Origin: an uncultured Bacilli bacterium
Lineage (GTDB): Bacteria > Bacillota_I > Bacilli_A > RF39 > UBA660
DNA: 57,877 nt
Direction: 5' to 3'
Assembly (NCBI GenBank): GCA_944329385.1
Contig: CALVIE010000003.1
Span: forward strand, 1 to 57,877
Positions 21,001-29,212 of this stretch are shown piece after piece. The position numbers and the translations under genes were made by a program. Position 1 is the stretch's first letter, and every line of letters starts with the position of its first letter. The notes under the pieces were generated by a model that saw only the letters and a list, made by a program, of their open reading frames with translations, was not told the DNA's origin and did no database searches.

Positions 21001-21212
21001 CCGATAGAGCCCACCGTATTGGTCAAAAAAACACTGTCGAAGTTATTAGACTAATTACTAAAGGAACTATCGAAGAAAGAATTCTAGAACTTCAAAACAA
21101 AAAAAGAAAACTTGCTGAATTATTAATTGATAATGAAAATAGTAACGAAAATAACTTTTCTAAACTTACCGAAGATGATATTAAAATGTTGCTATCTATG
21201 GATAATGAGTAA
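18063..21212 (+). CDS. SNF2-family helicase with N-terminal SWIM zinc finger (YwqA/RapA-like)
   Basis: SWIM motif CTCPQYEKMDTCKH. Helicase motifs LADEMGLGKS, DEAQNIKN, LTGTPIEN, GGTGLNLT and QATDRAHRIGQ. Confidence 0.85.
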   Translation: MRLYDKVIRICGTTDFMKGLNYQANKVKLTKIEDEDNFREAYFSVTSERINFDYHVYLLLNKETEELHDYKCTCPQYEKMDTCKHIAACILKYENALFNDEETDPLEYQLNLGSQILDKFYEPKKSTIKKKLNLEIELEPTDSYYYDNYIKVKYKIGLDRLYTLNNKYHNFMYAYSQKRSYKLSTKLTYDPNEHYFDKIDKEILDYNVHIFQRGYYECVIRKNDLDSFMDLLKDKDFTLNHNKYIGYIKENPFNINLTKENNNYTLTIDNLKDYEQLLEGAPYFYDNKKIYKVDDNIYKLYRLLVDNDLDSFMFSKKDLGKFTGGLLSLLKENIHLDENITEITIPTAPKAKLYFDFYYSAIECQIKLTYGNKELDYFSKDPGVPRDTEYESNILQRLSDFGFTVNQTHITLEDIDEIGEFLEKGIYEISEEYEVFTSKKIKDTNIVKQSQNSVTFSIGKDNILSYNFNLDGIEQTELTDILSSLKAKKHYHRLKNGSIIDLNADKNLQNLGELTDELDLTKKEITEGLGTIPKYRALYLDSLKNSYHSLISTNDNFDNLIKQFKTYKDKDIPLDKKELKILRDYQVTGVKWLYNVYKSGFGGILADEMGLGKSIQLIYLTKLIIKENPKAKILIVTPTSLVYNWQKEFDKFGSELKYKVFAENKTQRLNELDNIDNINIMITSYGLIRNDLEKYEQMSFELIAIDEAQNIKNPNTGIAKAVKSLNAKVKFALTGTPIENSLLELWSIFDFIMPGYLANRDKFQTLYNVKELDKENSNLNRLNTQIKYFILRRKKKDVVKDLPDKLENNIYIDLGKTQKKVYMAEVQKTKEELDELIKQEGWTKERFKILQLLTKLRQICIDPSIIFDNYKGESAKIEELLKIVEETKANGHKMLIFTTYKKALDLIIPKLNNIGISSYYIDGSVSSKKRMELVEKFNHDDTDVFIITLKAGGTGLNLTSATVVIHLDLWWNPQVENQATDRAHRIGQKNTVEVIRLITKGTIEERILELQNKKRKLAELLIDNENSNENNFSKLTEDDIKMLLSMDNE

Positions 21213-21286
21213 TATTTTGGATAAATCATACAAAATAACTTGAAAAAAGACAGATTTATTGATAAAATATATTTGTCTTTTCAAAT

Positions 21287-21363
21287 GGCGGAATTGGTGA
21301 AGTGGTTAACACGGCGGATTGTGGTTCCGTTATGCATCGGTTCGATCCCGATATTCCGCCCCA
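21287..21363 (+). tRNA. tRNA-His (anticodon GTG) with encoded G-1 and CCA
   Basis: Hand-folded cloverleaf. Acceptor stem is GCGGAAT/ATTCCGC with an extra 5' G opposite C73. Anticodon loop is TTGTGGT and the T-arm is ATCGG-TTCGATC-CCGAT. Confidence 0.9.
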
Positions 21364-21374
21364 TTTTTGACTTT

Positions 21375-21407
21375 AAACTAGCTGTCATTAAGACAGTTTG
21401 TTTTTTT
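21375..21407 (+). terminator. Terminator after tRNA-His
   Basis: CTGTC-ATTAA-GACAG stem with flanking AAAC/GTTT, followed by T7. Confidence 0.55.
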
Positions 21408-21445
21408 ATATATTATATAAAAAAATGAAAAGGAAGGTAACCTAT

Positions 21446-22423
21446 ATGAAAACTGCAGATAGAAATATTAGTTTAAAAAAGTATAAAAGCCAAATTATGA
21501 AAAAAGTATTTTTTTTAATTTTAATTATGATAATATCCATGAGTAATGGGACTAGTGTAAAAGCAACATCTGGATTTTTAAGAAAAGATAGTATTGTTAC
21601 TTGTAATGGAGTTACTTATGGACAGCATGGTGATGGGCACTGGCATATAGCAATTAAAAACAGTGATGGTAGATATAATGCTTCAGGAAACCCTATCACA
21701 TCTAATCCGTGTGCTAATTCAAATAATATTAAAAATAATCAAAATAATATATCAAACAGTTTATCTAGCTCACAGAACAATCAAACAAGTAGAACTATGA
21801 GCAAAAGTAGTGATAATACTTTAAAATCGATAAAAATAGATAATGAAAATATAAATATAAGTGAAACAATGACATATAAAACAAATCAAGAAATTGTAAG
21901 TATAGAGGCAATACCTAACAATGACAAAGCAACCTTAGAATATGATCAACAAGTTGACTTATTGATGGGAAATAATGAAGTTATCATTGTAGTAGTAGCA
22001 GAAAATGGAAATAAAAAAGAATATAAAATAAATATAATTAGGGAAAGAGAATTAAGCGATAATACAAATATTATAGTAAAAGTAGATGGAACACAAATAA
22101 TTTTTTTACAATTTGAAAATAATGATTTAACTATTTCATCAGATAAAAGCAAATTAAATATTACTTATGAATTAGAAGATAAAAACGCTAAAGCAGAAAT
22201 AATTGGTAATCAAAACTTAAAAGTAGGAGAAAATGAAATTGTAATAAAAGTAATTGCTGAAAATGGAAAAGAACAGAATTATAAATTGATTGTAACAAAA
22301 ACCAGCAAAACCGAAGAAATAATTAGTGTTATTGTAACTATTGTAGTTATAATTGCCATTGTATACTACATTAAAAACCGTAAAAATTTAAAAAACAACA
22401 AAAAAAAAAGGGTAATATTATGA
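21446..22423 (+). CDS. Membrane-anchored surface protein: His-rich N-module plus two cadherin-like beta-sandwich repeats
   Basis: Signal peptide. C..GVTYGQHGDGHWHIA...C module. Two repeats begin SDNTLKSIKIDNE and LSDNTNIIVKVDG, which is the cadherin-like domain pattern. C-terminal TM plus basic tail. Paralog of 38499..39365. Confidence 0.55.
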   Translation: MKTADRNISLKKYKSQIMKKVFFLILIMIISMSNGTSVKATSGFLRKDSIVTCNGVTYGQHGDGHWHIAIKNSDGRYNASGNPITSNPCANSNNIKNNQNNISNSLSSSQNNQTSRTMSKSSDNTLKSIKIDNENINISETMTYKTNQEIVSIEAIPNNDKATLEYDQQVDLLMGNNEVIIVVVAENGNKKEYKINIIRERELSDNTNIIVKVDGTQIIFLQFENNDLTISSDKSKLNITYELEDKNAKAEIIGNQNLKVGENEIVIKVIAENGKEQNYKLIVTKTSKTEEIISVIVTIVVIIAIVYYIKNRKNLKNNKKKRVIL

Positions 22424-23256
22424 GTGAAAAAGATTTAGATTCTAGTATGAATCCCTATCAAGAAAAACAAAAACCTAAAGGTTATATAAAAAAGTTACAA
22501 TGGGATATGGCTATAGGATTACAACAAGTAGATAATTTAAAACCATCTAAATATTTAGAAAAAATAAAAGAAAAAAATATCTTAGGTGAATTAACAATCA
22601 AAGAAGTAGAACAAAGTTTAAGAGAATATTACATCACAAAAGAAAAACAACAAGACATTAATCATGATGAATTAGAATGTGATTTTGTGTCTATGAGAAT
22701 TGTTGAATTATTAAATCAAGATAATTTTGAATTATCAGTAGATTATCTAAAAAATATTCATAAATATTTATTTCAAGATGTTTATGAATTTGCAGGAGAG
22801 TTTAGAAAAATAGATTTTTCGAAACATGAAAAAATATTAAATAATGATTCAGTTGCCTATGGAGACTCTAAAACATTAAATGAATCATTGGAGTATGATA
22901 TTAGTCTAGAAAAAGAAAAGAATTATAAAGATATGTCTATTGTAGAAGTTATAAAAAATATTACTGATTTTACATCTAATATCTGGCAAGTACACCCCTT
23001 TAGAGAAGGTAACACTAGAACAACCGCAGTATTCATAGAAAAATATTTAATTAGTTTAGGATACAATGTAGATAATTCATTATTTAAAGATAAATCAGTA
23101 TATTTTAGAAATGCATTAGTTAGAAGTAATTACTTTAATAATTATTTAAATATAAAAGAGGATAAAAGTTATTTAATTAAGTTTTATGAGAATTTATTAT
23201 TAGGTAAAAATAATAATTTACACTCTGAAAATTTAATTTTGAAAGAACTATTTTAG
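22420..23256 (+). CDS. Fic/DOC-family protein with a degenerate Fic motif
   Basis: HPFREGNTRTTA versus canonical HxFx(D/E)GNGRxxR. The start overlaps the upstream stop (ATGA). Confidence 0.8.
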   Translation: MSEKDLDSSMNPYQEKQKPKGYIKKLQWDMAIGLQQVDNLKPSKYLEKIKEKNILGELTIKEVEQSLREYYITKEKQQDINHDELECDFVSMRIVELLNQDNFELSVDYLKNIHKYLFQDVYEFAGEFRKIDFSKHEKILNNDSVAYGDSKTLNESLEYDISLEKEKNYKDMSIVEVIKNITDFTSNIWQVHPFREGNTRTTAVFIEKYLISLGYNVDNSLFKDKSVYFRNALVRSNYFNNYLNIKEDKSYLIKFYENLLLGKNNNLHSENLILKELF

Positions 23257-23265
23257 GAGGGTACT

Positions 23266-23633
23266 ATGCAAGAGTTAACAAAAAAATTAAAGAGTTTAAT
23301 GAAGAACGTGACTGGGATTAATTTCATAGTCCTGAAAATTTGGCAAAATCAATATCAATAGAAGCGGGGGAATTATTGGAATGTTTTCAATGGAATTCTA
23401 ATTATAATATTGAAGAAGTAAAATCAGAACTTGCAGATGTAATTAACTATGCATTATTGCTGGCAGATAAATTAGGAGCGAATCCTAAGAAAATTGTTTT
23501 GGATAAAATTATGTTTGGTAGGTGGCATTATAATAAAAAAAAATCAGAGTATAAAGAATTAAAAAAATTTTATAATAGATGTGTTGACTATGTTGAAAAT
23601 TTTTGCCAAGAAAAAAATTTCAAGTACATATAA
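23266..23633 (+). pseudogene. MazG-like nucleotide pyrophosphohydrolase, disrupted (poly-A frameshift plus in-frame TAA)
   Basis: ATG at 23266 reads MQELTKK and then leaves the frame at the A7 run 23080-style position 23280..23286. The other frame reads KKIKEFNEERDWD-TAA(23319..23321)-FHSPENLAKSISIEAGELLECFQW...ELADVINYALLLADKLG, the typical MazG-like core. Confidence 0.6.
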
Positions 23634-23649
23634 AAAATAAAACAAAAAG

Positions 23650-23678
23650 TTGAAAATAATTTGATAAATATATATAAT
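23650..23678 (+). promoter_or_regulatory. Putative sigma-A promoter upstream of the 660-aa gene (TTGAAA-17-TATAAT)
   Basis: Near-consensus hexamers with a 17-nt spacer, about 85 nt upstream of the ATG at 23762. Confidence 0.4.
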
Positions 23679-23761
23679 ATATTAAAGAAAAGGCGCTAGT
23701 ATAGGCTTTATAGTTTGTATTGCGTTTTTTTGTTAATGTAGTGAAAGTGTGGTAGTATAGT

Positions 23762-25744
23762 ATGATTAAAAGTGATAAAACAAAATTAGAATTAATTAGG
23801 CTTGAAGGTATACGAAGCTTAATAGTTAATAAAATTAATGAGGAACAATTAATTGAAATTATAAAACAGGAATTTAATTTCGATTCAAAAAAGTGCTATG
23901 AAATATTAAAAAAATTAAATAGAAGCCAGTTAATAAAAATAATTGATAAAAGCAATACTATTAGTTCAAATGATATTGATGAAACATATGAACAATATAG
24001 GTATGGCCTAAAGCCAGGATTTACTATTTTTACTTTTTTAAATTGTGAGTTAAGTGAAATAAATAGTAATGAAATGACTAAAAAAATAGAGAATAAATTA
24101 GTTAACCTTCACTATTTTGAAGATTCTAAATTCAAATCTCTTACTTTAAAGAATATAATGAAAATAAGAGATAATACATTTGAGTTTTCTTTTACGTATT
24201 TAAGTAAATACACATATATTAATGATTCCGATGAACCCGATTATATATATGAATTAAAAGATTGTTTTGTGTGGATAAATTTAAAAAATAATTTTTTAGC
24301 AATAAAAAATTGCCCGAATGATATTCAAAATAAACTTTTAAACTTATTTTCTAATATTTTAAATGTATCTTTATATAATATAAAAATTACCAAAAAGTTA
24401 ATTAGTGAAGTGTTTAATGGGAAAATAAAAAAGGGGACTTTTATAAAACCAGATGCGACTGATGAAGAAGTTACTAAAATAATAATTGCAGATGAAGAAT
24501 TGACTAAAAAAAGGATATATCAAGATAGTGTAAGCAGTTACGATATGTCCAATACTTTTTTGGATGAACAATTAGATGATAGTACTAAAAGCACACTAGG
24601 AATAAATTGTAAATCAGGTAAAATTTATTTAACAAAAAATGTAAATGCAACACAATTTAGAAACTGGAGTATAAATAACATAAATAAAATTATAAATTAT
24701 CTTAATGATATTAATAATTGTAAAGAAAAAGAAATTTTTCAATCAAGAAATATATTATCAAATACGAATTATAGTAGTGATGAGAAAAACATTATTGAGA
24801 ATATTTGTTACAATATATTCATGTATATAAATTCAGGAGAAACCTCCTTCTTAATGCAAAAAGATGTTATGATTATCAAAAACAAATTAAGGAGTAAGTT
24901 TTACACCACTTTATTTGGTTTCTGCGATGTTTGTAAAGAAGAAACACAATTATTTTGCCCAAAATGTAATAGAAGTAATTTGAAGTTAATAAAGAATGGC
25001 ATTTATTGTATGGAATGTGATGAAAATATTCTTACTTTTTTGTGTGATGAAGGTCATAATATATATGGTAATAATTTAGTTGATATAATAAGACTAATTC
25101 CACATCGAGAATTTATAGATGAAATCAATGGTTATCTTTTGACTAACTTTGGAGTAAGATTAGAAGGAAGTTTTGTTTTAGAAAAAAATCATTTAAGCAT
25201 TCATAAATATTCATCAGGAGAGATTCTTGATTATACAAAAATAGAGGAATTTAAAAAAATTCATGAAATTAATAGTGTAAATATTAAAGACCAACTAGAT
25301 AAATATAATAAAATCAAAGAAAAATGTAAGAAGTGTAGTAATGATGAGTGCTCTATATGCATTAACAATACAAATTTATGTATAATGAAGTTATTTATAG
25401 GTTTTGGTAATTATAGGCCAAGCCCACATCAAGGTCAAGAGTTCGGAGATGTTAATTTTAAAATTACATATGAAGGAAAAGAATATAATTTTGTCGGAAT
25501 TGCGAAAAGCAAACCTAAGTCAGGTATTTTAAATTTGTCGAATCAAGCCAGTAGGGAAATGATACAGCAAATATTGATGATGAGTAGGGATAAAAGAGTT
25601 GATGCGATAGGTGCAATATGTCCTGCAAAATTTCATGATCAATTGATACAAGAATTATATTATTTAGCTAGAATAACACAGGTAAAAATTATAATTTTGG
25701 ATGATATTTTTATGAGTAAACTTTTAACTTATCGAAATATATAA
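23762..25744 (+). CDS. Large uncharacterised protein with central CxxC zinc-ribbon clusters
   Basis: 660-aa ORF. Cys clusters are CDVCKEETQLFCPKCN, CMECDE and CKKCSNDECSIC. I recognise no family and see no obvious SD. Confidence 0.55.
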   Translation: MIKSDKTKLELIRLEGIRSLIVNKINEEQLIEIIKQEFNFDSKKCYEILKKLNRSQLIKIIDKSNTISSNDIDETYEQYRYGLKPGFTIFTFLNCELSEINSNEMTKKIENKLVNLHYFEDSKFKSLTLKNIMKIRDNTFEFSFTYLSKYTYINDSDEPDYIYELKDCFVWINLKNNFLAIKNCPNDIQNKLLNLFSNILNVSLYNIKITKKLISEVFNGKIKKGTFIKPDATDEEVTKIIIADEELTKKRIYQDSVSSYDMSNTFLDEQLDDSTKSTLGINCKSGKIYLTKNVNATQFRNWSINNINKIINYLNDINNCKEKEIFQSRNILSNTNYSSDEKNIIENICYNIFMYINSGETSFLMQKDVMIIKNKLRSKFYTTLFGFCDVCKEETQLFCPKCNRSNLKLIKNGIYCMECDENILTFLCDEGHNIYGNNLVDIIRLIPHREFIDEINGYLLTNFGVRLEGSFVLEKNHLSIHKYSSGEILDYTKIEEFKKIHEINSVNIKDQLDKYNKIKEKCKKCSNDECSICINNTNLCIMKLFIGFGNYRPSPHQGQEFGDVNFKITYEGKEYNFVGIAKSKPKSGILNLSNQASREMIQQILMMSRDKRVDAIGAICPAKFHDQLIQELYYLARITQVKIIILDDIFMSKLLTYRNI

Positions 25745-25961
25745 TAATTAAAATAAAAAAATACTTGCAATCCTCCTCAATCAGAGCTAACATACACTAC
25801 AAGGAATCGATTTTTACCTTATATTTTTAAAAGATGACACTCATCGCCCAATATTACAAAAATCGAAAATTCCACTGATGCAATATATTAATTACAAAAA
25901 GCAAACAAAAAATCGAAATAAAATTTTTCTTTATAATTGTTGTATATGCAAGAAAAAATAA

Positions 25962-26097
25962 ATCATTAAAATTAGGAATTAAAGATATAGATTTATTTTA
26001 AAAAATGGATTCATTTTTATAAAATAAAAGACATCCCAGAAATACAAAATGTTTTTAAATGAAGCTATAAAACTTCAAAAAAAATGAACATGCACTT
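25962..26097 (+). pseudogene. Decayed copy of the 3' end of gene 29453..30229
   Basis: Alignable by eye to 30085..30229 (…ATTAGGAATT…AAAGATATAGATTTATTTT…AAATGGATT…GAAGCTATAAAACT…GAACATGC) with indels and stops. Confidence 0.6.
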
Positions 26098-26314
26098 AAA
26101 TAAAAAAGTAAATGCAAACTTTATTATTTTTAGAGTTGCATTTAGTTTTACAAGTAAGGCTTTAATAAATTATTATAAATTAATTACAAATAGATATTAT
26201 CATTTTCAATATTTAACATTAATTTGATATTATTATTATGAGTCATTCAATCAGATTCTTTCGATATTTATCCAATTAATATTTTATCATGAGTTTCTGG
26301 TCGTGATTCGTTTT

Positions 26315-26359
26315 TTATATAAAAAATAGTATTAGTGATTTTTACTCACCAACACTATT
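26315..26359 (-). terminator. Minus-strand terminator after the methyltransferase gene
   Basis: 14-bp imperfect stem AATAGTGTTGGTGA/TCACTAATACTATT (G-U pairs), followed by Ts on the minus strand. Confidence 0.5.
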
Positions 26360-26385
26360 TATTATAGAATCAAAATTTCACACAC

Positions 26386-27621
26386 CTATTCTTCATTTTC
26401 CACAATATTTTCGATTTCTTTACCAATCTTTTCAATAACCCCTACCACTAAAGCATTCCCCATCATAAAATACCTTTTTTTATCACTCATACCAGTATTA
26501 GTCCAATTATCAGGAAAACCATTAATTCTCTCACATTCTTTAGGTGTTAGCAAACGCAATTTTTTAGTTTTTAAATCTTCAATAACATGAGTTGTCCTGC
26601 TAATACCACTTTCACTAGTAAGCATAGTTCTAGCTGGCATATCTAAATTATCAGGAAAAGACATTGCCCCTTCTGAATAATAGTAAGGCTCTCCGTTAGG
26701 CTTAACTCTAGGAATTCGTTTACTTCCTTTTAAAAATTCAAATTTTTTAATTTGTTCTTCGTTTAAAAAATATTTCTCATCTACATCATGTTTTTCTCTT
26801 ATTTTTCTTAAAGGATAAATAAGATTACAGTCAGCTTTAACTTTTATCGTATATATTCCACCGTTAGACATAATTCCAGCATTATAAAATTGACATTTAA
26901 ACATTTTGCTTACCTCAACTAAATCTTTATATTCAGAAATATCGGCTTTATTTATAGCAAAATATTCAGATTGGATAGGGAATTCTTTAGAAAATATACC
27001 TTTTTCAAAAATAATATTTCTATCATCTAACTCATGCATTTTTTTATAATAATTAGTAGATTTATGATAAGCAAATATATAAGTTCTTCTACGCTTTTGA
27101 GGAAGACCATATTCTCCAGCATTAATAACTCGCCATTGCACATCATAACCATTTTCATAAAAACTTCGAAGCATCATCCCAAAATCTCTGCCACGTTGCT
27201 TTGCAGGAGATAATAATAATCTATCCACATTTTCAAGTAAAACAAAAGGTGGTTTTTTAATAAATAAAGTCTCTTCAATTGCCCACCATAAAACCCCTTT
27301 TTTACCTTCAATGCCTTTACTGTTAGATAGCGTTTGAGCAACTGAATAATCTTGACAAGGAAAACCACCGACTAATAAAGTATGGTCTGGAATTTTATGC
27401 TTATCAACCTCAAAAATATCAACGTTTGAAATATCACCACCAAATCTTTTTTTATAGCATTCATATGCTTCTTGACTTTTTGTGGCAGGTTCCCATTGAT
27501 TAGCCCATAAAAATTTCCAATTTCCATTTTCTATAACTTTATTATTTGTAAGTGTTACGTGATTTAACCCACATCTAAATCCTCCGACACCTGCAAACAA
27601 TTCTATAGCTGTTTTTTCCAT
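26386..27621 (-). CDS. DNA (cytosine-5)-methyltransferase, M.Sau3AI-like
   Basis: ELFAGVGGF (motif I), GGFPCQDYS (motif IV), LLENV, QKRRR and GNALVV motifs. 411 aa. Divergent from a Sau3AI-family endonuclease gene. Confidence 0.9.
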   Translation of the reverse strand: MEKTAIELFAGVGGFRCGLNHVTLTNNKVIENGNWKFLWANQWEPATKSQEAYECYKKRFGGDISNVDIFEVDKHKIPDHTLLVGGFPCQDYSVAQTLSNSKGIEGKKGVLWWAIEETLFIKKPPFVLLENVDRLLLSPAKQRGRDFGMMLRSFYENGYDVQWRVINAGEYGLPQKRRRTYIFAYHKSTNYYKKMHELDDRNIIFEKGIFSKEFPIQSEYFAINKADISEYKDLVEVSKMFKCQFYNAGIMSNGGIYTIKVKADCNLIYPLRKIREKHDVDEKYFLNEEQIKKFEFLKGSKRIPRVKPNGEPYYYSEGAMSFPDNLDMPARTMLTSESGISRTTHVIEDLKTKKLRLLTPKECERINGFPDNWTNTGMSDKKRYFMMGNALVVGVIEKIGKEIENIVENEE

Positions 27622-27672
27622 AAATAACCATCTCCTATTGTTATAACAAAATAATTATATTATAATTAAATA

Positions 27673-27774
27673 AAAAGATCAACCTTTTCTAATTATATTA
27701 TAAATGAATTTATAAAAAAGATCAACTTTTAGATAATTATTATTGTAAAATAAAATTAGAAAAATAACAAGATC
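27673..27774. promoter_or_regulatory. Divergent R-M promoter region with three GATC sites, two inside a 12-nt direct repeat
   Basis: AAAAAGATCAAC occurs at 27673..27684 and 27716..27727. A third GATC lies at 27771..27774, next to the SD of the endonuclease gene. Confidence 0.3.
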
Positions 27775-27787
27775 GAAAGGAGTGTTT

Positions 27788-29173
27788 ATGAAAAAAGGTA
27801 GAAGATATAGTAGGGAAGAAATAGAAATAATTTCCAAATCAGTATTAAATAAATCTTTAAATGATATTTTAAATTTAGAACTTATTACAATTGAAGATAA
27901 AAAAACTAACAAAGGTGGTCTAGGACAATTAATAGAAACATATTTGTTTGGTATAGAAAACAATAGTGATTCAGAACCAGACTTTATGCCTGCTGGCATT
28001 GAATTAAAAGTTACACCATACAAAAAAATAAAAAATGGTAAACTTTCAGCTAAAGAAAGATTAGTTCTAAACATTATTGATTTTGAAAATGAATATAAAA
28101 ATGAATTTAAAAGTAGTCATTTTTGGTTTAAAAATAGTAAAATAGAACTTTTGTGGTACTTATGGGAACCACATAAAGATAAAAAAGATTATAAAATAAC
28201 TCATGAAAAATTATTGGAATTAGCTAAAAGTGATGATTTAAATCAAATAGAAAAAGATTGGAATACAATTATTACTAAAATAAAAGAAGGAAAAGCTCAT
28301 GAAATCTCAGAAGCAGATACTATGTACTTAGGTGCCTGCACTAAAGGAGCAAATTCTAAATCATTAAGAAATCAGCCATTTTCTAATATAAAAGCTAAAC
28401 AAAGAGCTTTCTGCTTTAAAACGTCTTATATGACGCAACTTGTAAGAAAATATATTGGAAATTATGAAAATGTTGAAAAAATTCTTAAAGATGAAAAAGA
28501 AACATTTGATATTTTTATAGACAAAGTAATAGAAAAATATAAAGGAAAAACTCAAAACGAATTAATGAAAGAATTTAATATAGAATCCACAGCCAAAAAT
28601 ATTTTCAGCATGATAATCAGTAGAATGTTTAATGTAAAATCAAAATTAAAATCAACAGAAGAATTTCAAAAAGCTAAAATTATTCCTAAAACAATTAGAG
28701 TAGAAGAAAATGGCAACATCATAGAATCAATGTCTTTCCCACATTTTGATTTTAAAAACATATTAGAAACTTCCTTTGAAGATTCAGAATTTAGAGAGGA
28801 ATTAGAAACAACTAAATATATGTTTTTTATCTTTAAAAAAGAAGAAAACGAATATATTTTTAAAGGAATTAAACTATGGAATATGCCTGAAAATGTAATT
28901 GATAGTAAAGTAAAAGATATGTATAACAAAACAAGAAATATTATAAAAACTGGAAAAATAGTAAATCATATTGATAAAAATGGTCGTAGAATTACTAATT
29001 TTCCAGGAATAAGCGATAATGGTGTTTGTCATGTAAGACCTCATGGAAGAAATGCTAAAGATACTTTGCCATTGCCAGTAACTGATAAAATAACAGGCTT
29101 AAATCATTACACTAAACAATGTTTTTGGATTAATAATAGTTACCTAAAAGAAATAATTAAAAATTTGATTTAA
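27788..29173 (+). CDS. Type II restriction endonuclease, MutH/Sau3AI family (predicted GATC specificity)
   Basis: NKGGLGQLIE...SEPDF..AGIELKVTPYKKIKNGKLSAKERLVLNII closely resembles the N-terminal MutH-like catalytic core of Sau3AI as I remember it. The size is similar. Confidence 0.85.
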   Translation: MKKGRRYSREEIEIISKSVLNKSLNDILNLELITIEDKKTNKGGLGQLIETYLFGIENNSDSEPDFMPAGIELKVTPYKKIKNGKLSAKERLVLNIIDFENEYKNEFKSSHFWFKNSKIELLWYLWEPHKDKKDYKITHEKLLELAKSDDLNQIEKDWNTIITKIKEGKAHEISEADTMYLGACTKGANSKSLRNQPFSNIKAKQRAFCFKTSYMTQLVRKYIGNYENVEKILKDEKETFDIFIDKVIEKYKGKTQNELMKEFNIESTAKNIFSMIISRMFNVKSKLKSTEEFQKAKIIPKTIRVEENGNIIESMSFPHFDFKNILETSFEDSEFREELETTKYMFFIFKKEENEYIFKGIKLWNMPENVIDSKVKDMYNKTRNIIKTGKIVNHIDKNGRRITNFPGISDNGVCHVRPHGRNAKDTLPLPVTDKITGLNHYTKQCFWINNSYLKEIIKNLI

Positions 29174-29212
29174 ATTTAATTTCACATAATTACAAAAAGC
29201 TTAATGAAAAGC

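Noticed and set aside
21240-21428. 62-aa ORF
   Set aside because: It overlaps the well-folded tRNA-His and its terminator, so it is spurious.
27679-28074. 131-aa minus-strand ORF spanning the R-M promoter and the 5' end of the endonuclease gene
   Set aside because: It is antisense to a motif-supported gene and crosses the intergenic promoter. I see no SD.
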